Shown in pieces: positions 23,930 to 37,723 of a stretch of 64,000 nt of DNA. The translations under genes were made by a program, and so were the position numbers. The DNA is from the human T2T-CHM13v2.0 reference genome, Homo sapiens. The DNA is taken from assembly GCF_009914755.1 (NCBI RefSeq), contig NC_060927.1, one strand, 5' to 3'. A model generated the notes under the pieces. The model saw only the letters and a program-made list of their open reading frames with translations. It was not told the DNA's origin and made no database searches. The first letter of the stretch is position 1; every line of letters starts with the position of its first letter.

Positions 23930-24130
23930 AGCACAGGGCTCGGGTGTCAGGCTAATGTGAGTTTGAATCCCATCTCCAGCATCTGCTGTATGATGTTGAG
24001 CAAGTTGCTGTCAAAGTCCAGTGTCATTTTCCATGGGGAAAGAACTGCCTATCTCCAGCGTTATTGCAAGCATTAACTGGAGCAAATGGCCTACAGCATG
24101 CATTCAATCAATGTCTGTCAGTATTATTAC
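23930..24130 (+). mobile_element. MIR SINE
   Basis: gagtttgaatccc..gctgtatgatgttgagcaagtt. Confidence 0.65.
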
Positions 24131-24399
24131 CAGCAAGGGGCCAGAAGGCCCCAAAAAATCCAGACTCACTTCTCAGATTTCACACTAATACATGGAGACT
24201 GGGCTTATAGGACACAAAAATGACTAAATAAGAGGTTAAAAAATGTCTCCTAATCATCCAGATGTTTGGTAGATGGAGCACATATAACATTCCTCAGGTT
24301 TCTCCCCACCAATATTTTACCTTCCTCACCTCCTTCTGGGGATATTATAAATAGCTAAGTGATACTGTAAAATGTTCACAGGGGTTTCTCTCCTAACAC

Positions 24400-25010
24400 A
24401 TATGATTACTTAAAAATGTAAAACATCTGTACAGCACAACAGCCATGAACACGGTTTTGGAGGAATAAAAGATAAACTGACAAATAAAAAAATTCACAGT
24501 ACATCTTATAAGCAAAGAGCCAATTTCCTAAAATATAGTTATTTCAAAGCCATAGGAAAAGATCAACAACCCAATACAAAATTAAGAAAAGGACTTACAA
24601 ATGGTCAATAACCTTTCTAATAATGAGAGACATTCCCATTCAAATGACTATGAGAGATTTTTCACTTATGAGATTAGACTATTAATTCCGGCCCATATTG
24701 ACAAGTGTGTGAGGACAGTGGTGGCATAAATTAGGGGCAACTTCTCTTAGAAGACCACTTTGATGCTAGCTATTGAAATTTCAAAGGTTTATAGCCACTG
24801 ATGCAGAACCTTCCCTTCTAAATACATATCCTTCAAAAACAGTCCCTCATATATACAAAGATGTATGTACAAAGATGGCTGATAAAGCATTATTTATATC
24901 ATCCCAAAAAGTTGAAAACCAAGTAAATTGCCACCAATGGAGTTTGGCTAAATGCATAATGGTAGAGCCATACACTGGAACTGTAGCTAGGCACTCAAAA
25001 AGAATGAAGC
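24400..25010 (+). mobile_element. Old L1M ORF2-end/3' fragments
   Basis: aaaagatcaacaacccaata..aaatggtcaataa..caaagatgtatgtacaaagatg. Confidence 0.65.
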
Positions 25011-25011
25011 C

Positions 25012-25525
25012 TATGTACACATAGAGATTTGCACATAAATGTCCACAGCAGCATTATTCACAATAGCCAAAAACTGGAAACAATCCAAATGTCTACCAAC
25101 TGACAAATGTGCGATAAACCAAATGTGCTATATCCTAAAATGGAATATTAGTCAGCAATGAAAAGGAACAAAGTATGGATCTATGTTACCACATAGATGA
25201 ACTTCAAAAAACATTATGCTTATTAAAAGAAGCTAGACACACACAAAAAAAAAACAGACGTTGTGTGATTCCATTTATATGCAATGCCCATAAAAGGCAA
25301 ATCTATAGAGGCAGAAAATAGACTGTGGTTGCCTAGAGATAAGGATGAGAACACGGAGTGACTGCAAATGAGCAGAAGGAATCTTTTAGGGGTGATGGAG
25401 ATGTTCTAAAATTGGACTATGGTGTTAGCTGCACAATTCTGAATATTTACCAAAGTCAATGAACAGTACACTTAAAATGGGTGAATTTTGTGGTACATAA
25501 TTCACATTTCAGTAGAACAACTTTT
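25012..25525 (+). mobile_element. L1MB (L1MB7/8-like) 3' end
   Basis: cagcagcattattcacaatagccaaaaactggaaacaatccaaatgtc..ggggtgatggagatgttctaaaattgga..acacttaaaatgggtgaatttt. Confidence 0.9.
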
Positions 25526-25537
25526 AAAAATAGAATA

Positions 25538-25698
<161 letters not shown>

Positions 25699-25731
25699 AA
25701 AAATAGAATAATGTAGATCAATAAATTCTCA

Positions 25732-26049
<318 letters not shown>

Positions 26050-26852
26050 TCACATGCAAAGGTGTCCAGGATAAACTGTTAAATTTTTTTAAAGAAGCAA
26101 AATAGTATAAATAATATCTGATTGTTAAAGCAATCATAATAGTATACATTAGTACGTACTAAAAACAAAAAAATCCGGAGGATTATATAACAAACAAGTA
26201 ATGACAATGTTCTCTCCAGAAGATAGGGTTATCAGAAACTTTCACTTTCTTTGTGGTTCCCTTCCAGTAGGTCTGATTTTCTTAATTAGGTATTTTTGCT
26301 ACACGTTTGAACATTTTCTTAGTAAGGTGTTGAGGGGGGAGAAGTGGGCATTATTTTTATAATTAAAGATACACACACAGAATGTAATAGTAAAATAAAC
26401 AGGTAAATAAAGAGGGAAGGTTGAAAATTGACTCTGTTTTGTTGATACAGCCTAGTCCCAGCTGAAGATACCACATCTGGTCACAAGATGTATGGAATCT
26501 CTCATTCTCCCAGCTCCACCGCAGCCTGGAAAAAAAACATCTGAAAACCACCAAGTTCTGTCTTTCTTTCTCTCATTCCAAGCTTCCCAAACAAGCTATG
26601 ACTAATTCTATTCCCCAACCACCTTGAAGCTGGGGAGAAAGAGGGCCCTAGAGAGGGATATCCCCCAGTGTTAACCTCAGTGTTTGTTGTATCTAGGGAC
26701 ATCACAGTTTATAATGCAATTTCTTATGGATTCCTCAAAGTCTGATAAAATAATCTGATTACTCAGTTAAGCTGAAAAATAGGCCAAGGACCTGAGGATC
26801 CCATCAAGATGCAGAGACAACAGGAAGACCTGATGGATGTGCCTGACCCATC

Positions 26853-27171
26853 TTTCTTTTCTTTTTTTTTTTTTTTTTTTTGAGACAAGTTCTTGCTCTG
26901 TCACCCAGGCTGGAGTGCAGTGGCACAGTCATGACTCACTGCAGCCTCACAGCCTCAACCTCCTGGGCTTAAGCCTTCCTCTCACATCAGCATCCTGAGT
27001 AGCTGGGACTACAGGTGCTCATCAACATGCCCAGCTAATTTTTTTATTCTTTGTAGAGATAAGGTCTCGCTATGTTGCCCTGGCTGGTCTCAAACTCCTG
27101 GCCTCAAGTGATTTTCCTACCTCAGTCTCCCCAAGTGCTGAGATTATAGGTGTGAGCCACCACTCCCGGCC
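26853..27171 (-). mobile_element. AluJ SINE
   Basis: Long T tail and reverse dimer; internal 8-bp duplication cagcctca. Confidence 0.95.
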
Positions 27172-27635
27172 TCAGCTCTGTCTTAATTTCTCTGAGCTCA
27201 GACCCTGGCAGTTCGACAAACTTAAGTGGTGTTTTCTTAACTTTTTGTTGAAGTGCAATATAGAAAACTAGGTATACAGAAAAGTATACTTAGTTAAAGG
27301 AGGGTTTTTATGAAGACTCAAGGCACAATAATTAATTTTCCCCTTTTCCAATGGAAACCTCAGTGTCACTTTGCGTGTGAGTTTATGCTGCTCCCAAGTA
27401 GAGGATGAAGGAGTTAAGCTATTAACAGTCCATAAACCACGCTGGTCCCAGCTCCCCTAAACTCTAGACAAAGGTATATGTGTGCATAGTGGATGATGGT
27501 CATTGTTTCCCAACCCCAAGAGGTGCTCACAAGTCAGGTGGTAATAGCTAATGTCTCAAAGAACAGGGGCTGAGATCAGCTCAGGCTTCCCTAGAAAGAC
27601 ATCTCCCTCCAGTTGCCATGAAGAAAGCAAGCTGG

Positions 27636-27918
27636 GGCCAGGCACAGTGGCTCATGCCTGTAATCCCAGCACTTTGGGAGGCTGAGGCAGGCGGATCACG
27701 AGGTCAGGAGATCGATACCATCCTGGCCAACATGGTGAAACCTCTACTAAAAATACAAAAATTAGCTGGGTGTGGTGGCGGGTGCCTGTAATCCCAGCTA
27801 CTCGGGAGGCTAAGGCAGGAGAATCACTTGAACCAGGGAGTCAGAGGTTGCAGTGAGCCAAGATCAAGCCACTGCACTCCCACCTGGTGACAGAGAGAGA
27901 CTCCGTCTCAAAAAAAGA
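27636..27918 (+). mobile_element. AluSc-like SINE
   Basis: ggatcacgaggtcaggagatc, cctggtgacag; TSD aagaaag(c/a)aagctgg at 27621-27635 and 27919-27933. Confidence 0.93.
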
Positions 27919-27944
27919 AAGAAAGAAAGCTGGAATGACTTCTG

Positions 27945-28060
27945 CTAGACTATAAGTTCATGAGGGCAGAACGTGTGTCCTCCTGTTCATCAGTGTAAAT
28001 CCACTGCTGGGCATACAGTGGCTACTCAATAAATATTTGCTAAAATAAATGTTGACTGAC
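27945..28060 (+). mobile_element. L2 3' end
   Basis: ctagactataagttcatgagggcag..ctcaataaatatttgct. Confidence 0.8.
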
Positions 28061-28729
28061 TGGAATAAAGTAGGTGAAGACAGAGCCTCCCGGGAAACCA
28101 GGCTACAAAGCAGAAATCTCCAGGGCCTGGGAAGGGCTACTGCCAGCCCAGATGGTGACTTGGAGCCCACTGGAAAAGATTCCCATTTCCCCCTGCTGAT
28201 GCAGCTCCATGCCGGGGCAAATTGCTTGGTGAGAAAAACTTCCCCTGGATTTGGGGCCCCACTTCTCGACCTGGTGTCCTTCTGTAGGGGACAACCTCCA
28301 TAGCCACACGGGTAGCCCTCTCTGGGATCACGGCTGCTCCTGTGCACACTGGAGACACAAATAATGGAGTCTATTCCCTGTTGGGCTTCTGGAAGGATGC
28401 CCAGTTTGTCCACAGAAAAGACTGGTCTGAAGTGGAAACCAAAGGCCTATAAAAACCCTTCTCTAGTCAATAAATGCTTGTTGATTCATCATAGGCACCT
28501 GCAGTCCAAAACCTGCATCATCTGAAAAAAAAAAATGCAACATTTGCCCCTGCCCACTTCCTCAACTCCCTCCACACTCCTCAGAGCAAGAAACCAGAAG
28601 AGCAAAGGGGAAACACAAGGCATCCTCCTTTACACCAGAAGACTGCCCTTTTCATACAAAAGCAGCTCCCTGAGCTTCACGCCACATGCCCTAAGAGTGG
28701 TTTCATCTGTGCTGTTTCTGGTGTGCAGG

Positions 28730-29432
28730 CATCTTCCCTTGCTTAGGCTACTGCAATAGCCCCCAACTGGTTTCACGCTTCCCCTTGCCTAACAAGCTGT
28801 TCTCCACACTCTAGGAGGAGAGATCTTTCTAAACCAGAAAATTGGTCCCATCACCTCCCTGTTAAAATCTCCAATTGCACATAGAATAAAATACGAACTC
28901 TTAACAGGGCCCACAAGGCCCTCCATGACCATGATCTGGCCAACCTCTCCCACTTCTTGTGACATTCTCTGCCTCGTTCTCAGTTCATTCCCGATGCACA
29001 TACTTTCTTGTAGTTTCCTCTGCCCTTTCTCTTTTCCAATTCCCTAAGCTTGTTGTTCCCACCCCAGGGACTTTGCACTTGCTGCTTCCCAGGCCTGGAT
29101 TCTCTTTACCTGCTTTTCACATGACATTTCAATATCAGCTTACAGACGTTTCCTGATTTCTCATCAGGAACCATTCCCCTCCACTCATTCTCTATTTCAT
29201 TGCTCTGTTTTATTTTCTTTGTAATGGTTACCATTATCTGAATCCGTCCTATTTGTTACTTAACCCTTTTATTGACAGCCTCCCTGTCTTCTGTCACCCC
29301 TACCCACCTCCAACACACACACACACACACACACACATGCACACACACACACAAGAATATAAGCTCATTTCCCACACGATCACTGGTAACCAGAACACAA
29401 CAGAAGCTTAATAAATATTTTCTGAAGGAATT
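28730..29432 (+). mobile_element. L2 3' region
   Basis: ctactgcaatagccccc..tctccacac..gatctttctaaa..ccccagggactttgcacttgctg..aataaatattt. Confidence 0.85.
29313..29352 (+). repeat. (CA)n microsatellite
   Basis: About 19 CA units with one tg interruption. Confidence 0.95.
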
Positions 29433-29449
29433 ACAATAATTATAATTGC

Positions 29450-29655
29450 AAGACCCTTAACAGTTTGCAAAGAATACTCATATTCATTGCCTTATTTAAC
29501 AATAGAAACAGTCATATGGGGCAGGTAGCATAACCCTTATTTACAGATGAGGAAGCAGTGATTCAGAAAGCCCAAGGAGCTTGCCGAAGGTCACACAGTA
29601 ATAAAGAAGCCTGCTTTGCACAAACCCAGGCTTTCTGCCTCCGAGTCCAGGGTTC
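29450..29655 (-). mobile_element. MIR SINE
   Basis: tttacagatgaggaagc..cttgccgaaggtcacacag..aaacccagg. Confidence 0.8.
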
Positions 29656-30194
29656 CTCCCTCGGTTTACTGTTAACATCCAACAGTGCTTCCCAGTCACT
29701 GAACAAAAACTTTTAAACACCAGATAAACAGCAAAGCAGTTACTTGCAGGACTAAGTTAAACTCCAAGACAAAAGAAAATAGGAAGCTATGAAACCATTT
29801 TAGAAATCACTGAAATAGACAATTATGTAAAATGAGCCCCTCTGAAATCCATGGATGGAGAAGCTGGAAGGCATCCAGATGTCCTATCTCGGTTTTGATC
29901 TGTGCTTATGGCATCCTTTGATTCAGATGAAGGACCAGGAATTTGGGGGTAAGAGAAATAAAAAGAGTGATGAAAAAGGCAGTATCTCTATCCAAGAGTT
30001 GCAAAAAGAAACTATGACTAATAAGGAAAATTCATTGTAGGAAACTAACCACACGCTACAGGAGGATGGATCAAATTTCTCACCCTTCAGACCAGAAAGT
30101 CAAAGGCACAACAAGCAAGCTGCATTTGAAACAATCTTCTGAGTCCTGGTTCAAAGAAAATGAGAGTCCAGTATTCCTGGGAGGATAAAGTGAG

Positions 30195-30320
30195 GTGGCC
30201 TTTGAGGAAGGAGAGCTAAGTGGTGGAGGGGGAAATTTACTTTTTACTCTACTTATAATATCTTTTATGTTTTGAATATGATACTGTGTGTCTATTTTAC
30301 ATATTCAAAAATGAACTGTA
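30195..30320 (+). mobile_element. L1ME 3' terminal fragment
   Basis: ggggaaatttacttttt..ttttgaat..tattcaaaaa. Confidence 0.5.
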
Positions 30321-30681
30321 TTTCAACAAACGATCAAAAGAAAGAGAATGAGAAGGTCTAGGAAGCAATTTCAGCAGGTCAGCTCTTCCCACTCCAGCCT
30401 CCTTGTTAGATTTTACCTTTTTCCACCCAATCCCAAAGGCGAGCAGCCCTTACTTTCGGCTCACTGAAATCTACGCTGTTCGGCCTTCAAATCCTGGAGC
30501 CACAGAGTTGAAAAAGACCACCTTTTCCAAAGCCCTCACTTTACAGATGGGGCCCAGAGGTGGGAGAAGATTTTCTCAAGCCTCCCTCACTAGTTAGGAG
30601 GAAGCTTGGCATTTGAACACAGACCTCTGCCTCCCTCCCAGAGCTGTGGTCCTTCTGTGACCCAAGCTCCTCTCTGCTCAA

Positions 30682-31306
30682 TGCTGATGCTTCATTTTAG
30701 GTATCAACTTGACTGGAATCAGGGACACCCAGATCTCTGGTAAAGCATTATTTCTAGGTCTGTCTGTGAGGGTGCTTCTGGAAGGCACTGGCATGTGAAC
30801 CAGTGGACCCAGTAAGGAAGATCACTAATGTGGGCTGGCACCAGCCAATCAGCTGAGGCCCTGAATAGAACACAAAGGCAGAGGAAAGGCACACTGCTTC
30901 TCTCTCTTTCCTGGAGCTGGGGCATCCTTCTTCTCCTGCCCTTAGACATCAGAACTCAGGTCCCCCAGCCTTTGGACTCTAGGACTTGAACCAGCGGCCT
31001 CCCCTCAGTTTTCAGGCCTTTGGCCTTAGACTGAAAGCTGCACCATTGGCTTCTCTGGTTCTGAGACTTTCAGACTTACACTGGCCAACACTCCTGGATT
31101 CCCTGGATCTCCAGCTTGTAGATGGCCTAGCATGGGACTTCCCAACCTCCATTATGATGTGAGCCAATCCCCCTAATAACTCCCCTCAGACAGACAGACA
31201 CACAGATAGATAGGCATATACACACATACACATACACACATGTATACATATATATATGTATATATACTCTCCAGTTGGTTCTATCTGGAGGCCCCTGACT
31301 AATGCA
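30682..31306 (+). mobile_element. MLT2B-like solo LTR (ERVL)
   Basis: tcaacttgactgg..ctggtaaagcattatttct..ctcctgcccttagacatcagaactc..gtgagccaat..ccctgactaatgca, with the typical CA/TA tract at 31190-31267. Confidence 0.9.
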
Positions 31307-31469
31307 AACACTCAGAGGGCCTGAGCACCAACTGTTAATATGCACACTGCAGATGTATCAGCCCACCAGGTCATTCTCTTATGCTTTCCCTCTTCTGTGC
31401 TTCATCTTCTTACTTCCACAGACCCTTCTAGAACACTCAGGCCCTGCCTCTCACCTGGAGGCAGGACCA

Positions 31470-31630
31470 TCCCCCACAAGGGGAATACAAAAATACGGGC
31501 ATACGTTTTAAGTCAACACAATGACTGGAGAGTACTACCAGCATTTTAACGGGCAGGGGTCAAGGTACTAAGCATCTGCAATATAAGGGACAGTCCCCAC
31601 AGTGAAGAACTGCCCCACCCAAAACACCCT
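31470..31630 (+). mobile_element. MER20-like hAT fragment
   Basis: cacaatgactgg..ctaccagcatt..gacagtccccacagtgaagaactgcc. Confidence 0.55.
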
Positions 31631-31949
31631 GTGGAGCAGCCACAGCCCGGTCCTCTCCGTATCGTTTCTCTGAACCGTCTCCCACCTTCCTCCTACACTT
31701 CAGGCTGGCAAAGCTGAATGGCCACAGAGCAGATGCCCTAAGAAATGCTAGCCCAGTGCTCTCAGAAATAACTTCAACTCGATGGACTGTTGCAGTTACG
31801 CACTGTCACAAACAACGATTCTTACTTCAGTCCCACGTAGAGGACAGGCTCCGATGTAATGGATGAGGAAACGGAGGTACTGAGGGGCCAAGTCACTTTC
31901 CCGAGCCATGGCTAAAAACTGACAAGACCGCAGCACATGAGCCACACCA

Positions 31950-32396
31950 CGGAAGCCACCCAAGTGTCCCTCCCCAGAGGAGCGGATGAACGTGATGCGG
32001 CCTCTACGCATACAATGGGATATTACTCCGCCTTAAAAAGGAAGGGAATTCTGACACACGCCACAACACGGATGAACCCTGAAGCATTACGCTAACTAAA
32101 CTACAGCAGACACAGAGGACAAATATTGTATGAGTCCGCTCACACGAGATGCCTAGAGGAGCCAAAACCACGGAAACAGAAAGTAGACTGGTGATTGCCA
32201 GGGAATGGGGGAGGAACAGGGAGTTCCTGTTCACTGGGTGCAGTTCCAGTCCTACAAGATGAAAAGTGTTCTGGAGATGGATGGTGGTGACGGTTGCACA
32301 ACATTATCAATGTATTTAACGTCATTGAACTGTGCATTTAAAACGGTTAAGATAGTAAATTTTATGTGATGTGCTTTTCGACACAATAAAAAAAAA
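31950..32396 (+). mobile_element. L1MB 3' end (GC/CpG-enriched copy)
   Basis: ggaagccacccaagtgtcc..gccttaaaaaggaagggaattctgacaca..gttctggagatggatggtggtgacggttgcacaaca..cacaataaaaaaaaa. Confidence 0.9.
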
Positions 32397-33834
32397 TTGA
32401 CAAGGCTGGCACTCGTTAACTGAGTTCCTAAATCAAAATCCACTCTCCTTAAATTATACCCCAGCCCTAAGGTCTAAATGAAAACATTGCTGCCTTTCCA
32501 ATACATTGGGCTGTGAGAAATTTAACTACTTTAACTATTAATGGCCCAATCCTGTGCCACAGGGGCCTCATTGAGATGCCAGATTGCTTCTTCAAGACCC
32601 TCCAAGGGGGCACGTCAAATTCTGATGGGCCTCACCTTGGACAAGGCTGGGGTTTTTAGACCAGCTTTCACAGCCTGGTAAGACTCCCTCCTCCCCGCAA
32701 AAGGAAGGGGATCTACAGAGGGTGGCCAACTTTTCAAAGGGTATTCGGGGCAGGGAGAAGAACTACCTCAATTGTTTAAGAAAGGATAATTTCTGACACA
32801 CACATACACACACACCACACCACACCACACGCAGGAAATGAAGACCATCATTTGTGTAATAAAGAGCAGGTCTTGAATTGTGTGCCATTAGGTTTATGAG
32901 AAAATGTCTACATTGTCCTTATTTTTTTCAGGTTGCTCCAGTGTCAAGACTGACAGTGATCCAGGGACCTTTAGGGCAGACAACTTCATTGTGACAGAGT
33001 GAGACCTGTGGCCTTTGGACCTCGGTGGGGCCATATGTCACCCCTGCAGGCCCCAGGCCCCCCAAGCCACCAAGAGTCACAGAGGCAGGGAGGGGACAGG
33101 AGGAGATCTTGCCCCCACTGCATCTGGCTCTCCTGCCCTCACCATCCGCAGCAGGGGGTACACTACAGCTTCGGCTTTACAAACACAGGGAAAAAGCTAA
33201 CACAACCTTTAAGCCGCATTAACAGGATCAAGGGATGTATTATTAGTCCTGCTAGCCTCCGAACCATTGAGAGTACTTCTGAAAGACAGTGCTTAGCTTG
33301 GGCTCCAGATTTTAAGAGACCCGTTAATAATTTGGAAGGTTTATTAGCAGACTGCAGATCCAAAAATGGTCCTCCTCTATTTGGGAAGATATTGCAGGAA
33401 ACAATGCTCTAGGAGAGACCACAGCTGGGCCAGCCAGATTGGTCAAATCCACCCTAGAAATGAATTAGGGAGAAGAGATGGCAGCCAGATGGCTTTTTAA
33501 ATGTTGATAAGCTGAAGTGTGGCCAGAAAAAGAGACCAGAGAATGAGGGAATAAGTCACCTAAAGCATGATGGCAGAATCTAAGCATAAACGCTTAGCAG
33601 AGAAAATAAACACACCGTCCATATACACCATGCCCAGCCCCAAGCCCAGGGCAGATCTGATACTCTCCTGCTGACCCTGACACAGCCTCAGAATACTTCT
33701 CAACACAGACCGCCAGCTGTCACTGCAATCCAGCACAGTTGGCACATCAGGTAGAAACTATTTCCCACCGCTGATTTAGGAGTACATAAAAGCTGTCTTT
33801 ATTTTATTTCATTTTATTGAATTTTTTATCTTTT

Positions 33835-34331
<497 letters not shown>

Positions 34332-34429
34332 AAAAGCTGTCTTCAAATGACGAAACAGCTACCATGAGGCAGCCAGCTTAGATTTTAGTCTGTATTGTTC
34401 TAAAGGAGAGAGGCATCTTGCAGTTCCAC

Positions 34430-34590
34430 TCAAGAAAGACTTTCCTAGCAAGACTTTCCAACAATGCAAATAGTCTCATTTCTGAGGTGGGCAGCCCCTT
34501 ACTGCAGGAAGTTCCAATCAGAAGCCTCATGGTTGTCGAGGACTCTGCATCAGGTGAGAGTTAGGACGTATGCTGTGATTCTTGAGGTTC
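34430..34590 (+). mobile_element. L3/CR1 3' end fragment
   Basis: aagaaagactttcc..gaggtgggcagcccctt..gaagttc..ctgcatcagg; similar to the L3 tail at 61150-61300. Confidence 0.45.
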
Positions 34591-34720
34591 AGTGTAATCA
34601 GGTATGTACTAAGCCATAACATGTGGCAGGAACAGGCACACAGGTTATCACCTCTATTTACAGATGAGGGGGCTTGAGTAACTTTACCCCATGAGGAAGC
34701 AGAAGATCAAGAATTCCTAT

Positions 34721-35541
34721 CTACAGAATGGAATACCATCCAACCATTTAAAAAGAATGAAATCCTGGCCAGGGGCAGTGGCTCACACCTGTATCCCAGC
34801 ACTTTGGGAGGCCAAGGCGGGTGGATCACGGGGTCAGGAGATCAAGAGCATCCTGGCTAGCATGGTGAAACCCCGTCTCTACTAAAAACACAAAAAAATT
34901 AGCCAGGCATGGTGGTGGGCACCTGTAGTCCCAGCTACTCATGAGGTTGAGGCAGGAGAATGGTGTGAACCCGGGAGGTGGAGCTTGCAGTGAGCCAAGA
35001 TCGCACCACTGAACTCCAGCCTGGGCGACAGAGTACAAAAAAATAAAGAAAGAAAGAATGAAATCCTGTCATTTGCAGCAACATGGATGGAACTGGAGGT
35101 CATTATGTTAAGTGAAATAAGCCAGGCACAAAAAGATAAATATTACATGTTCTCATTCATATGTGGGAGCTAAAAATGTTGATCTCATGGAGGTAGAAGG
35201 TAGACTGATCATTACCAGAGGCTGGGAAGGTAGGGTGGGGCGGGGAGGAAGAGAGGTTGGTTAATGGGTACAAACATATATTTAGATAGAAGGAGTAAGT
35301 TCTGGTGTTCAAAAGCACAATAGGGTGACTATGGTTCAAAACAAGATATTGGCTATTTCATAGTAGCTAGGAGAGAAGATTTCAAATGTTCCCAACACAA
35401 AGAAATTATAAAAGTTTGACGTCATAGGAATCCTCAACATCCTGATTTGATCACTCCATATTGTATGCATGTATCAGAATACCACATGTACCCCATAAAC
35501 ATGTGCAATTATTATGCATCAATTAAAGCAATTTTTTAAAA
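34721..35541 (+). mobile_element. L1MA 3' end (interrupted by AluY)
   Basis: gaaatcctgtcatttgcagcaacatggatggaactggaggtcattatgttaagtgaaataagccaggcaca; TSD-like aagaattc(c/a)tat at 34709-34720 and 35542-35553. Confidence 0.92.
34767..35052 (+). mobile_element. AluY SINE
   Basis: gaatggtgtgaacccgggagg..agcttgcagtg; TSD aaagaatgaaatcct at 34752-34766 and 35053-35067. Confidence 0.93.
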
Positions 35542-36449
35542 AAGAATTCATATCCAGATCATTCGAAGTCCTGCATGTAGTCCACTCACCTCCAGGAGAG
35601 GCTGCAAACATCAAGATGAAGCCTCCTCTGCAGCTCCTGGGTCCTCAGATGTGCCTCTGCTGCCTGCTCTTTCCTCCCTAAAAATGCTGCCCAGATTATC
35701 ATGCAATGGCCCAACAGCTGCTGCTCCAAAAGTTTCAGGCACAGGGCTCAGCTTCCATACTGCTGGACAGCAGGCATCTTGTTTGATCATTATATCTCCA
35801 AACAAGAGTACTCTCCACAAAGGGACACAGATGGGATCCTTGACATTGGGCTTAGTGTCTTTGTCCCCAAATCTCAGGCACTATCATTCTTTTGGATCAA
35901 GGCATTTAAGGCATCTGTCCCAATGCAAATGTCACTAAAATTGGGTAGCACCTAAAGCCACATTGATCACTGGCTCCCTAGATGATTAGCTCATCATTGG
36001 CCTTGAGGTCCCAAGCAAATGGGACACACACAGGAAAGTTTTAATGAGAGGACAGGGAAGAGGATGGCTTGAGGAAAGGCAAAGCAACTCCATCCACATT
36101 GCTAGTCCTGCTGCTGCCTCACAGCCCAGGGCAGACCCCACCTCCCATCCTCTCAGGTCCCACCTCTGTCCCACCCCGCTGGTGACAGCATCTGCCTTAG
36201 TCCCCAGTGCCTGAGTCTTATTCCTGAGTATCCCAGCCCCATGGCCAGGACATGCATCTGCCAGCCTGGACTTCCTCTTGCCTGTGTAGAGCTGAGGGTC
36301 TTTCCCCAGCACTGCCCCTTCCCCCAGGAACAGCAGTTCCAACTTCCAGCCCCTCCTGGTACAATTAAGAGACCACTGGGGACTGGGTCTTCAGCAAAGC
36401 TTCCTGCTTTCCCTCAACACATTTCCCACTGCTTTCTAAAGTTATCTCC

Positions 36450-36770
36450 GGCCAGGCATGCTCATGCTTGTCATTCCAGCCCTTTGGGAGGCTGAGGCAG
36501 GAGGATCACTTGAGGCCAGGTATTTGAGACCAACCTGGGCAGCAGAGCACGACCCTGTTTCTACAAAAACATTTTTAAAAGTTAGCCAGGCCTGGTGGTG
36601 GTGCACGCCTGTAGTCCCAGCTACTCAGGAGGCTGAGACAGGAGGAATGCTTGACCCTTGGAGTTCAAGACTGCAGTGAGCTATGAGGGCACCACCATAC
36701 TCCAGCCTGGGCAACAGAGCAAGGCCCTATCTTTTAAAGACAAAATTTTAATATGAAAAAATTTTTTAAA
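36450..36770 (+). mobile_element. AluJ SINE
   Basis: Full dimer; TSD taaagttat(c/t)tcc at 36437-36449 and 36771-36783. Confidence 0.93.
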
Positions 36771-37169
36771 TAAAGTTATTTCCCTGCTCTTGGTAAAGAG
36801 CCTCCCAGTTTAACACTCCCACCCAGACTGCATTTACATTACAATTCTGGCTCTGTCCATGCTGATCTCCCAGTCAGAACTCTGCTTCCCACTCACCCTC
36901 AGAGAATGTCTATGTGCTGCAGAAAGCCAGCCCTTCCTGACAAGGTCAGTCCACACACCCTCTCCTGACTCCATCTTTTGGTGCTCAACGTCTATGCAGC
37001 CAAACTGGCGCCTTATTTAGTATCTTTTCCACTGTCTAATGAAACAACTTAGCACATGTGACATTGTCATTACTACTATGTATTGGTTTTATTTCCCAAC
37101 TCATTTATAAATGTCGGGGGATCAAAGGATTCTTCTTAACTCTGTGCCTGCTCAGCGCCTGGCCAGGGC

Positions 37170-37723
37170 AGGACTGTAGTAGCCCCTCTCCTTTGGAAAC
37201 CGCCTGCCCCATCCACAGGAGTAGGGTCTGGCTGACCTAGATCTCTTGTCAATCCCATCCCACTGGCCACAGTGACTGGTTCAGGAATGGCCTAGGTTGA
37301 TCCCTTCAGAGTTAGGGAGGAGGCATCACAGACAAATGAGAGAGAGAATATGAGTGAGAGAGACAGCCAACAGTCTTTCCATATGTTTACCTCCACCTGA
37401 AACACACAGCTGGGAGCAATGGGCAACCACTGTGTACCTGTCATGTAGTTGAAGTACCAGAAATGACTGGCTTCCTGAGAAGGAAGGATGAAGCAGATGT
37501 GCAGTGAGAAGACAAAATGAGAGGAAGTGTACTACCGATTCGTAGAACAAACCAGGGCTCCCTGGCCCTCCTTCCTGGTCCCAGGCCAGCCTGGGGCCAA
37601 CTGCATTTCCCCACCTGGATTCCACAAGACACCCTGCATCTTTATAATAAAATCCATGTATTTCTACTACCACCAGCTTTAGGTGATTTCTGTTGCTTAC
37701 AATTCAAAGTTCTGATTAAAGCA
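37170..37723 (+). mobile_element. LTR33-like solo LTR (ERVL)
   Basis: ggccacagtgactggttcagg..gaagcagatg..gacaccctgcatctttataataaa..ttctgttgcttacaa. Confidence 0.7.
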
